Below are positions 8,667 to 16,577 of a stretch of DNA of 58,410 nucleotides, piece by piece. The position numbers were made by a program, and so were the translations under genes. The notes below the pieces were generated by a model. It was not told the origin of the DNA. It worked only from the letters and a program-made list of their open reading frames with translations, and made no database searches. The stretch spans positions 1 to 58,410 of the IMG/VR virus record IMGVR_UViG_3300045988_065473; one strand, 5' to 3'. This stretch comes from a virus. How positions within the stretch are numbered: position 1 is the stretch's first letter; each line of letters begins with the position of its first letter.

Positions 8667-9235
8667 AGTCAACCAGCAAAAAATCCTCAGGTCTGCTTGG
8701 CGGGTTTGATTTCCAGCCTATTTCTTCGGGGCAGACATTAAGCCGAAGTGAGCCAAAGGAAGAAGAAGTAAGCCAAGCAAAGCCGAACGAAGCCGAACAA
8801 GCACCAATTAAGCCAAGTGAAGCCGCAGACAGCTATACACAGCCTAATGAAGCACAATTAAGCGATATTAAGCCGAAGCAAGCCAAAGACGGCGAAACGC
8901 AGTCGAACAAAGCCGTAGTAAGCGAAAGTAAGCCAAAGAAGCTGAAACAGGCGAAGGAAGTTCAACGTCTTATCGAACAAGGCGATGTTTCCGGCGCACT
9001 AGCTGAAGCTGGTCTGACAAAGAAAAAAATCCCGATGCCGGAATCGCATCAGGGCGTTGCAAGTGGCGATGGCAAGCGTTCAAAGCGCATTACCATCCTT
9101 ATGAGCGAGGAGGAGCGCAAGTACATCAACCGTGAAGCCAGACGGCACGGAATGACGATCGGGCAGTTTGTTTACGCTCTGGCAGTTGCAGCGGCAGAGG
9201 GGAAGATTGAGTTGGAGGATTTCTTGGAGGATTGA
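8663..9235 (+). CDS. Ribbon-helix-helix protein (candidate ParG/ParR-like centromere-binding adaptor) with a 10-aa-repeat linker
   Basis: C-terminal KRITILMSEEERKYINREARRHGMTIGQFVYALA fits an RHH fold. Last gene of the parA operon. Confidence 0.6.
   Translation: MKSTSKKSSGLLGGFDFQPISSGQTLSRSEPKEEEVSQAKPNEAEQAPIKPSEAADSYTQPNEAQLSDIKPKQAKDGETQSNKAVVSESKPKKLKQAKEVQRLIEQGDVSGALAEAGLTKKKIPMPESHQGVASGDGKRSKRITILMSEEERKYINREARRHGMTIGQFVYALAVAAAEGKIELEDFLED
8741..8940 (+). repeat. 10-bp-phased AGCC(A/G)AA motif array (candidate centromere) inside the RHH gene
   Basis: 17 of 20 consecutive 10-mers start with AG and 11 with AGCC. The motif falls in all three codon phases. Confidence 0.8.
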
Positions 9236-9238
9236 CGT

Positions 9239-9736
9239 ATGATTGCTTATAGACCTCATCGTGGTTCTTTGAAAAACGCTCTAAAGGAAACAAGAGTGTT
9301 TGCCAATGAATACGAAATGAAGCAGAGAATTGCAAATGAATGGAACTTAACCTGTGGGAGAAAAGAATTGAACCCAGAAAATATCGTAATTTCACAAGTC
9401 GAATATTCCGATTACAAGAGTGGGTGGCAGAGGGTTCACGATGTTTGCGTCACGAAGATTGGAAACAGGAACCTCGTGGATGAGTTAGGGGTAGCTCAAT
9501 GTATTGGATACTGTTCGTATGACATTTCAAACGCCCCTAAAATTGGGCAGTGGATAAACGTGAAAAACGAGATGCCAGACGAATACAATCCGTATGTTAT
9601 TGGATTTAGCCCAGACGAATTTGATGTTGACATTGTTGGATATGAGCAAGACTTTGGTGAATGGCGAGATAAAAACGGAAAACCTCACAATATTACATAC
9701 TGGATGCCGTTACCTGAACCGCCTGTAAAATATTGA
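9239..9736 (+). CDS. DUF551-domain protein (paralog of 8271..8666)
   Basis: Its C-terminal ~52 aa are about 80% identical to the 8271..8666 product (EMPDEYNPYVIGFSPDEF...NITYWMPLPEPP). Confidence 0.7.
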   Translation: MIAYRPHRGSLKNALKETRVFANEYEMKQRIANEWNLTCGRKELNPENIVISQVEYSDYKSGWQRVHDVCVTKIGNRNLVDELGVAQCIGYCSYDISNAPKIGQWINVKNEMPDEYNPYVIGFSPDEFDVDIVGYEQDFGEWRDKNGKPHNITYWMPLPEPPVKY

Positions 9737-9737
9737 G

Positions 9738-9986
9738 ATGGCAAAGGAGCGATATATGGAAAATTTTTATTGGGTCAAAATCCAGTACGATGATTACGAA
9801 AAGTGCAGGCACTTCCAAGCACCGTTCGTCTTGTTTGCGAACAGCAAAGAGAAAGCAAAAGCAAGAATTGAGCGAGAAGTTCCCGGCAAGTTTTCCATTG
9901 TCAGTGTGGTAGAACTCGACAAGAGCCTTGTAATCACTCCGCAAGATTTGTTTGACATGAGGTCAAAATCAACACTTTGGAAATAA
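9738..9986 (+). CDS. Hypothetical protein
   Basis: 82-aa ORF in operon context. Confidence 0.5.
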   Translation: MAKERYMENFYWVKIQYDDYEKCRHFQAPFVLFANSKEKAKARIEREVPGKFSIVSVVELDKSLVITPQDLFDMRSKSTLWK

Positions 9987-10037
9987 AAATAAACCCCTGT
10001 GTAGCCGCAACGACCGCACAGGGGAGAAAGGAAGAAT

Positions 10038-10484
10038 ATGATGAAAGTAGAACATTCTAGCGAAACAGATTCATTGGCGTATGAAGAATGGGCTAAAGAA
10101 CGGTCGGATGTCACAAATGTCAATTATGTTGAAACTGGATGTATAATTTGGCACTCTATCAAGAAAGAAGGATTCCCACCAGAACAAACTTGCGAAAAAT
10201 ATCTTATTTCCGTTGAAAATTGGCATACAGGGAAAAGCTACGTAAATGCCGCATATTTTATTAGGAAGGGATGGTTCGACAGCGTGTATACGGAAGAAGG
10301 GAAAATAATACCAGAACACGATATTGTAACACACTGGGCGAATTTGCCAAAACCGGCACAACTTCCCAAAAGGCCAAGATTCCCATTGGACAATCAAACG
10401 CCAGAAGAAAGAGAAGCTGAAGCAAAAGAAAAAGCAAAACAACTACAAGAAAAAATAATGAAAGCGTTTGGATATAACGTATAA
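10038..10484 (+). CDS. DUF551-like protein
   Basis: ...HDIVTHWANLPKPA signature. GGAGAAAGGAAG RBS. Confidence 0.6.
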   Translation: MMKVEHSSETDSLAYEEWAKERSDVTNVNYVETGCIIWHSIKKEGFPPEQTCEKYLISVENWHTGKSYVNAAYFIRKGWFDSVYTEEGKIIPEHDIVTHWANLPKPAQLPKRPRFPLDNQTPEEREAEAKEKAKQLQEKIMKAFGYNV

Positions 10485-10491
10485 AAAAATC

Positions 10492-10530
10492 CCCCTGTGT
10501 AGTTTTTAACGGCTACACAGGGGTTCTGTT
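10492..10530. terminator. Bidirectional rho-independent terminator
   Basis: CCCCTGTGTAG...CTACACAGGGG, an 11-bp stem between A- and T-rich runs at convergent gene ends. Confidence 0.8.
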
Positions 10531-11169
10531 TTACTTATCAGCAATGCAATCCCAGTAGAGATATGCCTTGCCATCTGCGGCATCTGCGTCCTCAAGGAAC
10601 GCCTTTGCCATGTCAGCGTAGAAGCCCGGAGTGTCAACGGACTGACGCTTTGCGACCTGACAGTAATCCGAGTACATCATGTTCATGACAGCCCAGAAAT
10701 CGTTCGGGTCACAGGTGATATTGCGCTGTTTCGCAACATCCTGTGTCTGTTCCAGCGTCCAGTGACAGCCCTTCGTACCGTCAGCGTTGACCATGCTATC
10801 ACACCATTCCTCTGCTTCATCGTGGGTGAGGTGCTGGCGTGGCATCTTGATGGAGCGGCTGTCTGCACTGCCATGTTCGTACTGGCCAGACCGTTTATCC
10901 CAGTCGCCGTTCTGCGAGAAGCCGATTTGCGGCATCTTGCGCCCATACTCTACGTCAGGGTAGCGGGGGATAGGGTAGGGGTCGGTGTAACGGTTTTCCT
11001 CCTGCGGATAGTAGGGATAGCGGTCGTTGCCACCTTCCAGCTTGCGCAGACGGCGTTCAATCTCACGCTCCCTGCGGTCACGCTCTTCCTCAAGGCGGTT
11101 ACGTTCCGGCTCACGGTCTTTATCGTGGTCACGGAGCATCATCATGCGGCGAAAATTGTTCTTGCCCAT
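10531..11169 (-). CDS. Accessory-cassette protein 6 (charged R/E-rich N-terminus, conserved-looking C-terminal domain)
   Basis: 212-aa ORF. No family recognised. Confidence 0.6.
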   Translation of the reverse strand: MGKNNFRRMMMLRDHDKDREPERNRLEEERDRREREIERRLRKLEGGNDRYPYYPQEENRYTDPYPIPRYPDVEYGRKMPQIGFSQNGDWDKRSGQYEHGSADSRSIKMPRQHLTHDEAEEWCDSMVNADGTKGCHWTLEQTQDVAKQRNITCDPNDFWAVMNMMYSDYCQVAKRQSVDTPGFYADMAKAFLEDADAADGKAYLYWDCIADK

Positions 11170-11182
11170 AATCTACACCTCC

Positions 11183-11554
11183 TCAAGAAATAGACGCAGG
11201 CGCACCGGCGTGAGAGCAGCAGAAGCAGCCCAGATATTTGAACGTTCCGGTGCCGGTCGCAGACGTTGCCACACGAGTAGCATAACGAGTGCGAGTGTGG
11301 ATGCTCTCAGCGGTTGCCTGAGCGCAGTTGCAGTCGGTCAGAGGGTATGCGGTCGTACCTGCACCGATGGTAATGACCACAGGGGCGTTGATGGTGGTCG
11401 TGTCCGGGATGCTCTGGGCAACCACGATGCAATACTTCTCTCCGTTCTGGTATGCGCCAGCAGGGATGTTAATGGTCAGCGTATCGTTGGCAAACGTGAC
11501 AGACTGGCTCAAGACCAGATGCGGGCAGAGTTTGCAGCTTGTTTTGCAAGCCAT
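11183..11554 (-). CDS. Accessory-cassette protein 5, Cys-rich (MACKTSCKLC...CFCCSH)
   Basis: 123-aa ORF with Cys clusters at both termini. Confidence 0.6.
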   Translation of the reverse strand: MACKTSCKLCPHLVLSQSVTFANDTLTINIPAGAYQNGEKYCIVVAQSIPDTTTINAPVVITIGAGTTAYPLTDCNCAQATAESIHTRTRYATRVATSATGTGTFKYLGCFCCSHAGAPASIS

Positions 11555-11639
11555 AGTGTTTTCCTCCTAAAAAATCAGGGGCAGAGGTGTCTTACCCCTG
11601 CCCCGATAGTTCACCCGGTGTTATCGGGGAGTGTGTTGG

Positions 11640-12512
11640 TTAGTAGCAGCCGCAGCAGTTCACGCCCACGTTGGGATTTGCCACCTGATAAGCGGGAATC
11701 GGACGAGGATTGACCCGGTTCAGGATGGTATCGGTCTGCTGGGACATCACGGTGGTCAGAAGCGCATTCTGCCGATCCTGAGAAGCGGCGAACTTCAGGT
11801 TCTGGTTCTCAGCGGTCAGAGTTGCAATCTTGTCCTGCGTGAAGTAGTCCATCATGCTGCGGAAGTTGGCGTTGCAGTTGTCCACGATGGCGCGGGCGTT
11901 GTCTGCGATAGCCTGACGGGTAGCGCAGTCCTCCGTTGCGATGGTGTACTTCAGGTCGCCGATCAGCTGTTTGTTCTCGCAGCAGCAAGATGCAAGCTGC
12001 GTGGCAAGAGCAGTCTGACCAGCCTGCCGTGCGTTGCCCTCCTGCATGATAGCAAGGCTAATGGCGTTGTCACCGTTGGACACGCTGCGTTCCAGACCGT
12101 TCACGAGCTGTGCGTTCTGGTAGCCAAGCTGACAGATGGCACTGTTCACTCCTGCAAAGCCGTTCGCGATGTTGGTGTTGACGCCGTTCATCTGCGCCAG
12201 CTGGTCATAGCCCAGAGAGCAGATACCGCTCTGGATGCCCGCCAGAGAGCGGGAGGTATCCTGCTGGTAGAAGCCCTCAGACAGAGCCGCGCGGGTGTCG
12301 TTGCCGCCCTGCCCGGTTGCGCCAGTGCCGACCAGATAGGGGATGTAGCTCGCCATACCGTTGTCGCTGCCGTTGCGCCCGTTGCCGTAGTTGCCCCAGC
12401 CGAAGATGATGGCGAGGATGATAACCGCCCACAGACCTTCGTTGCCGAAGAACCCGCCGTTGTTATTGCCGCCGTCCTGCCCAGCCAGATAGCCAGTTGC
12501 AAAATCGTCCAT
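11640..12512 (-). CDS. Accessory-cassette protein 4: Gly/Asn-rich N-terminus, one TM, Q/N-rich body, C-terminal CCGCY
   Basis: 290-aa ORF. GGFFGNEGLWAVIILAIIFGWG resembles YjcZ-type tiny TM peptides. Confidence 0.6.
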   Translation of the reverse strand: MDDFATGYLAGQDGGNNNGGFFGNEGLWAVIILAIIFGWGNYGNGRNGSDNGMASYIPYLVGTGATGQGGNDTRAALSEGFYQQDTSRSLAGIQSGICSLGYDQLAQMNGVNTNIANGFAGVNSAICQLGYQNAQLVNGLERSVSNGDNAISLAIMQEGNARQAGQTALATQLASCCCENKQLIGDLKYTIATEDCATRQAIADNARAIVDNCNANFRSMMDYFTQDKIATLTAENQNLKFAASQDRQNALLTTVMSQQTDTILNRVNPRPIPAYQVANPNVGVNCCGCY

Positions 12513-12652
12513 AACAAAACTCCTTTCAGTTTTGCGTTATGCTATCCCACCGCCGTATGCGATGGGCGAAGCCAAACAAAAGCGGTTTTTGTCAAGTCCG
12601 CAAAACTGAGAAGCGTTTCGCTTAGAGAGATGCTTATTTTAGGGTTGTTAAG

Positions 12653-12814
12653 TCAGCTCGGAGGGTTGTCTTTTTTATCTTTTGAGTCATCCCAATTTTT
12701 GCTGGCAGCACCGAAAATGAAGCCAAGCATTAAAGGAACCCATATTTTGTCATCGCCACACAGATTGTTGATGTCAAAATCTTTTTCGGAATGGCTGTTT
12801 TCAAAATCATCCAT
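12653..12814 (-). CDS. Accessory-cassette protein 3 (53 aa, 1 TM)
   Basis: Hand-translated as MDDFENSHSEKDF...IWVPLMLGFIFGAAS... GAGGAG RBS. Shares the MDDF start with protein 4. Confidence 0.45.
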   Translation of the reverse strand: MDDFENSHSEKDFDINNLCGDDKIWVPLMLGFIFGAASKNWDDSKDKKDNPPS

Positions 12815-12826
12815 CGCAAAGTCTCC

Positions 12827-13078
12827 TCACTTCGGAAGCGTCAAATTCAGGACGCTTGCCAGCTGGTTCAGGTCGATGCCGCGCTCTTTGGCGAGGTTCT
12901 GCGCCATCGTTCGGAGCTGTGCTTCGTTCTTGCCCTGAATCAGGTTCAAGCCCTGCATAATGGGGGCGCTCTGCCCACCCAGCTGCTGGATAAGACCCAT
13001 CGGGTTTTGTCCGGCACGAGCAAGGTTTGCAAGCTGCATGATAGGGCTGTGAGTAATCATATCAAACGGAGAGGGCAT
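12827..13078 (-). CDS. Accessory-cassette protein 2
   Basis: 83-aa Q/L/N-rich ORF. Confidence 0.5.
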   Translation of the reverse strand: MPSPFDMITHSPIMQLANLARAGQNPMGLIQQLGGQSAPIMQGLNLIQGKNEAQLRTMAQNLAKERGIDLNQLASVLNLTLPK

Positions 13079-13081
13079 CGC

Positions 13082-13600
13082 TTATTCTCCTTTCTTAGCG
13101 GTGGCAGCGGGCTTAGAAAAGCTTTTCTGCCACTTTTCCAGTTCGTCCAGCCGATGCACAAGGGCGTTGTACTGTTCAATAGGCACATACTGCTGTGTCG
13201 GTGCAGCGGTTTGCTGTGCCTGTTGTGCTTGCATTTGCCTCCACGCTTCCGGGCTGTAGAACTCCTGCACATAGGATTCGCAGGTGTCCGGATTGAGCCG
13301 CTTGCAGTAGATCACGCCACTGCGCAAGTCCGGGCAGTAGGTCGGTCTGCCGTACAGGTCAGACGGTATCGCCAAAAATTCTTCCCTGCTGGAAACAGGT
13401 CTGCCAAGCAACCAGCCGCCATCTTGTGCCGACTGCTGAACAGGCTGCTGCCCATTCATCGGCTGCGGACGCTGCGGCTGCGCCTGTTGCATCTGCGTGT
13501 TCGGCAGGGGAGTGGCAAGTCCAACTGTGCCCATGCCGCCGTAAGGATTGACAGGCTGTTGCGGAACGTAGGGCGCTCCGGATGCCGGATAATAGCTCAT
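13082..13600 (-). CDS. Accessory-cassette protein 1 (P/Q-rich N-terminus)
   Basis: AAGGAGGG RBS 7 nt before the ATG at 13600. Confidence 0.6.
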   Translation of the reverse strand: MSYYPASGAPYVPQQPVNPYGGMGTVGLATPLPNTQMQQAQPQRPQPMNGQQPVQQSAQDGGWLLGRPVSSREEFLAIPSDLYGRPTYCPDLRSGVIYCKRLNPDTCESYVQEFYSPEAWRQMQAQQAQQTAAPTQQYVPIEQYNALVHRLDELEKWQKSFSKPAATAKKGE

Positions 13601-13734
13601 AATACATCCCTCCTTGTGCAACCAGTGTACTGCATCGGCAGAAACCGAGAGACAACGAACGCACAACGAAGGACAAAAAAGAAAAGCGCCCACACGGAAA
13701 AATCCGCATGAGCGCTTGAAAAATTGTATATAAA

Positions 13735-13776
13735 TAAAAACCCCCGATGCTCCAAACGGAACACCGGGGGTTTTAT
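13735..13776. terminator. Bidirectional terminator between the late operon and the accessory cassette
   Basis: AACCCCCG...CGGGGGTT stem flanked by A5 and T4 runs. Confidence 0.65.
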
Positions 13777-13930
13777 GCCGCCAAAACGGCTAAGTCTAAA
13801 ATCAAGAGCGGAACCGCCCACAGGCAATGCCGCTCTCTACAAAGGCCGCAGCCTTTCAAATATCCACCCTAATGCGCTTCTTCGAGAGGCCGGGTGGATT
13901 TGTTGAGATTATTATACCACAATCCGTGCA

Positions 13931-13969
13931 AAAAGAAAAGCCAGCGGGTAAACGTTCTTCCGCTGGCTT
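13931..13969 (-). terminator. Terminator after the sigma-like gene
   Basis: AAGCCAGCGG...CCGCTGGCTT, a 10-bp stem followed on the minus strand by TTTCTTTTT. Confidence 0.7.
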
Positions 13970-14026
13970 CCTGTACACTATGCCGTCACTGGGTGTACAC
14001 CAGTACGGCCTCGCATACATAGTATA

Positions 14027-14251
14027 TCACACATCCAGAATTTTATCAATAATTTTCAGCCTATTGCCGATTGATGTCCGACAATACGGCACACGCGCTG
14101 CAATATCAACTTGGCATAGCTGGTCAACGTACCGCAACCGGGCGATTTTCCGGTCATACCTCCCAAGCGGCGCACGTTTTATCACAGCTTTTATCTGTTC
14201 TGCATTAAGCCCTTGCAACGCTGGCGGAAAGACTATGCGAGCCGCCGCCAC
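14027..14251 (-). CDS. Sigma-70 region-4-like / DUF1492-like small transcription regulator (possibly the C-terminal part of a longer gene)
   Basis: ARLRYVDQLCQVDIAARVPYCRTSIGNRLKII looks like a region-4 HTH. GTG start without an RBS. Confidence 0.5.
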   Translation of the reverse strand: MAAARIVFPPALQGLNAEQIKAVIKRAPLGRYDRKIARLRYVDQLCQVDIAARVPYCRTSIGNRLKIIDKILDV

Positions 14252-14307
14252 AGGCAGCGCCGAGCCAGAAAGGCTGCGGCAGCTGTCCAGCGTTGCGCAC
14301 CATTACG

Positions 14308-14431
14308 GTGACGTTGCCGAGATGGTATGTTTTCGTGAGGTCACGAAAACGTGCGCAGACCATTTTCGTAAGGTCACGAAATTGTTCTTGTGCGGCGTAC
14401 ATTTTGTTGACGTCACCGAGATGGCGGTATG
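14308..14431. promoter_or_regulatory. Paired palindromes flanked by direct repeats
   Basis: GTTTTCGTGAGGTCACGAAAAC (14329-14350) and ATTTTCGTAAGGTCACGAAAT (14362-14382). Flanked by TGACGTnnCCGAGATGG repeats at 14308 and 14407. Confidence 0.6.
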
Positions 14432-14448
14432 TAGTGCTTGTCATGCTA

Positions 14449-14754
14449 TCACTCCTTATTGTGAACAATGAGATAACGAATTGCGGAAATTTTGACGATA
14501 CAGCTATCGTCCGGGCTGTTTTGCTGCACACCGCTGAGCGCAACGTATTCGCCATTTAGCCACAAAATATTTCCTTCCAACCGCATGAGCCATTTTCCGC
14601 TACCATCGAAATCAGCGGCATGATTATCCAAGTCGATTTCGAGGTAAAAACCATCGTTCTGTTTTGCAAAATATTTTTGCAGAATAGAAGTGATTTCTTT
14701 CGTACTCATGTTTTCGGAATCAGCAATGACTTTGATGTAGTGATAATGAAACAT
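14449..14754 (-). CDS. Hypothetical protein (101 aa)
   Basis: AAGGAGA RBS before the internal ATG at 14754. Confidence 0.6.
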   Translation of the reverse strand: MFHYHYIKVIADSENMSTKEITSILQKYFAKQNDGFYLEIDLDNHAADFDGSGKWLMRLEGNILWLNGEYVALSGVQQNSPDDSCIVKISAIRYLIVHNKE

Positions 14755-14764
14755 TTTTGTCTCC

Positions 14765-14989
14765 TTACTGCGTGATTTCCTCAGCGTTCGCCTTGTCTTT
14801 AGCGTCCAGTGCATCGTAGTACGCTTGCGCAAGGGCTTCCACCTCTGCGATGTCGTCCTCCGTCAGCAGGCCGCTGTCCAGATGGGTGTACGCTTTGTCC
14901 AGCCAGTATGCCACGTCGCGTCCTGCGGCGATTTCCCGCTTGATGGAGCGCAGGGTCAGGTCGTGTCGGGCTTTGCTTTTGATAGCCAT
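14765..14989 (-). CDS. Hypothetical protein
   Basis: 74-aa ORF downstream of the fibre gene. Confidence 0.55.
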   Translation of the reverse strand: MAIKSKARHDLTLRSIKREIAAGRDVAYWLDKAYTHLDSGLLTEDDIAEVEALAQAYYDALDAKDKANAEEITQ

Positions 14990-14999
14990 GTGTCCTCCT

Positions 15000-16574
15000 T
15001 TAGGTCGTTGTCATGGACGCTACTGCGTCCTCAATGCGTTTGATGGCGATGTTTACGTCCCGCTGGTAGTCCAGCTTGACCCCAGCACCGTCACCAGCCT
15101 GCACCACCGTGTCAGGGCCGCACATTGTGAGCGCTTTGTAGGCGGCAATTTCAGCAGGGGTGAGCGGAGTTTCGATGGGATCGTCGAGAATGTAGAATAA
15201 AATGTATTCTCCTTCTTCCGGGTTTTTAGCGCCAATGGGAATAAAAACCTGCGCATTGTTTGTGTCTACATAAAAGTGAATGGTATCGCTAGTAAACGAA
15301 ACGAAATATGGCAATCTATTGCATAGGGCTTTTGCTGTATAATCTTTACCTTTGAGTGGCAACCGAATCGCAAGTCGTTTTGTTGCCGCAAGGTTAGTGG
15401 AACCTGTAATTACACAGGTTGACAAGTCTACAGCGTTCACCCTCTGTACCTTTACACCCCTTTCCAAGTCCACCTCGTCGCACACCCACTGCTGGCCGCT
15501 TTGGTCAGTGTAGTTGCCGCCGGAGGTGACAGGGATGCCGGGCAAGCCGTTGGGAGTGAGCAGCGTGAGAGTTTGCACTTTACCGCCCCCATCACCCAAG
15601 GTCACTGCAATCGTCCCGCCGTCACCAGCGCTCACGATAGGCACAGGGGCATCCGGCGTGGGTGTGCCGTCCTGAGTGCTCTTACCGTACACGGTCAGGC
15701 CGCACAGGGGCGCAGAGAACGCATCGTCAACGCTGAGCGGGTTGCCTGTCTCCGTGCCGATAAGGATGTTCTGCCGGGCCTTGACTGCGCTGATCGCGTC
15801 ACCTGCGGCTTTTGCGTCAGCGGCCTCGCTCTCATGGGTGAGGGTGGTATCCAGCGCTACGGCAGGGCCGGTCTCTCCTTTAGGGCCTTGCGGGCCGGTA
15901 TCACCTTTTTCGCCCTGTGGGCCAGTGTTGCCCGTAGCACCTGTGGGGCCTTGAGGGCCTTGCTCACCCTGCGGGCCGACCGGGCCAATGGGGCCAGTGT
16001 CGCCCTTGTCACCTTTCTCGCCTTTGAAATCGCCGCTTGCGATGCCGTCCTTCAGCTCTTGCAGACTGTCGGCGGCTTCCTGAGCGCTCTGGTCTGCGTT
16101 GCCCGCACTGTCAGCGGCTTGCTGTGCTGCGGTCTGTGCATCGGTCTTGGCTTGCTCTGCGGCGGTGGCATCGGTGTGCACGGCATCCACCAACTGCTGC
16201 CATGCAGGGGTGCCCGGTTCCGGCATGGTGCCGTCCTCTGTGCCGGAGTTGGCACTGACACGATACCGCAGGTCTGCGCTGGTGACGGTCTTAGTGCCGT
16301 CGCTGCCCTCAAAGGTGATGCACCCGCTCCCGGGCTGTGCGGTCACGCTGGCGGGCACGTCCACATAGCCGTCCACCACCAACGAGGATGACGGATCTTT
16401 GCCGTCCGGCACGTGCCAGAAGCAGCGGATAGTCAGCCCTTCCCACTCGCCGGTTGCATCGACGTGCAGGCGGTACACGCCCCGGTTCTTGGTGTAGCCA
16501 AAGCGCACCAGCTGCTCATAGCCCGGCACTTTGACGACGCCATTGGATGCGAGAGATACGCTTTGCTCGATCAT
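15000..16574 (-). CDS. Tail fibre with a collagen-like triple-helix repeat
   Basis: Gly-X-Y run [53 protein letters not shown]. Confidence 0.8.
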   Translation of the reverse strand: MIEQSVSLASNGVVKVPGYEQLVRFGYTKNRGVYRLHVDATGEWEGLTIRCFWHVPDGKDPSSSLVVDGYVDVPASVTAQPGSGCITFEGSDGTKTVTSADLRYRVSANSGTEDGTMPEPGTPAWQQLVDAVHTDATAAEQAKTDAQTAAQQAADSAGNADQSAQEAADSLQELKDGIASGDFKGEKGDKGDTGPIGPVGPQGEQGPQGPTGATGNTGPQGEKGDTGPQGPKGETGPAVALDTTLTHESEAADAKAAGDAISAVKARQNILIGTETGNPLSVDDAFSAPLCGLTVYGKSTQDGTPTPDAPVPIVSAGDGGTIAVTLGDGGGKVQTLTLLTPNGLPGIPVTSGGNYTDQSGQQWVCDEVDLERGVKVQRVNAVDLSTCVITGSTNLAATKRLAIRLPLKGKDYTAKALCNRLPYFVSFTSDTIHFYVDTNNAQVFIPIGAKNPEEGEYILFYILDDPIETPLTPAEIAAYKALTMCGPDTVVQAGDGAGVKLDYQRDVNIAIKRIEDAVASMTTT

Positions 16575-16577
16575 AAA

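Noticed and set aside
9994-10024. Hairpin CCCCTGTG...CACAGGGG after 9738..9986, considered as a terminator.
   Set aside because: No U-tract follows on the plus strand, and it is immediately followed by the RBS of the next gene. It more likely acts as an mRNA-stability or processing element, or is a diverged copy of the 10492 terminator stem.
11631-12938. Long plus-strand ORFs antisense to real genes. Examples: 11631..12938 (435 aa), 32620..34215 (531 aa), 30605..31603, 15501..16391, 26440..27291 and 57080..57892.
   Set aside because: They have a shadow-ORF composition (Arg/Leu/His/Cys-rich, no RBS, no recognisable domains). The opposite strand encodes well-supported structural or recombination proteins in each case.
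15660-16010. Tandem 9-bp periodic repeat in the fibre gene.
   Set aside because: It is fully explained by the Gly-X-Y collagen-like coding repeat of the 15000..16574 product.
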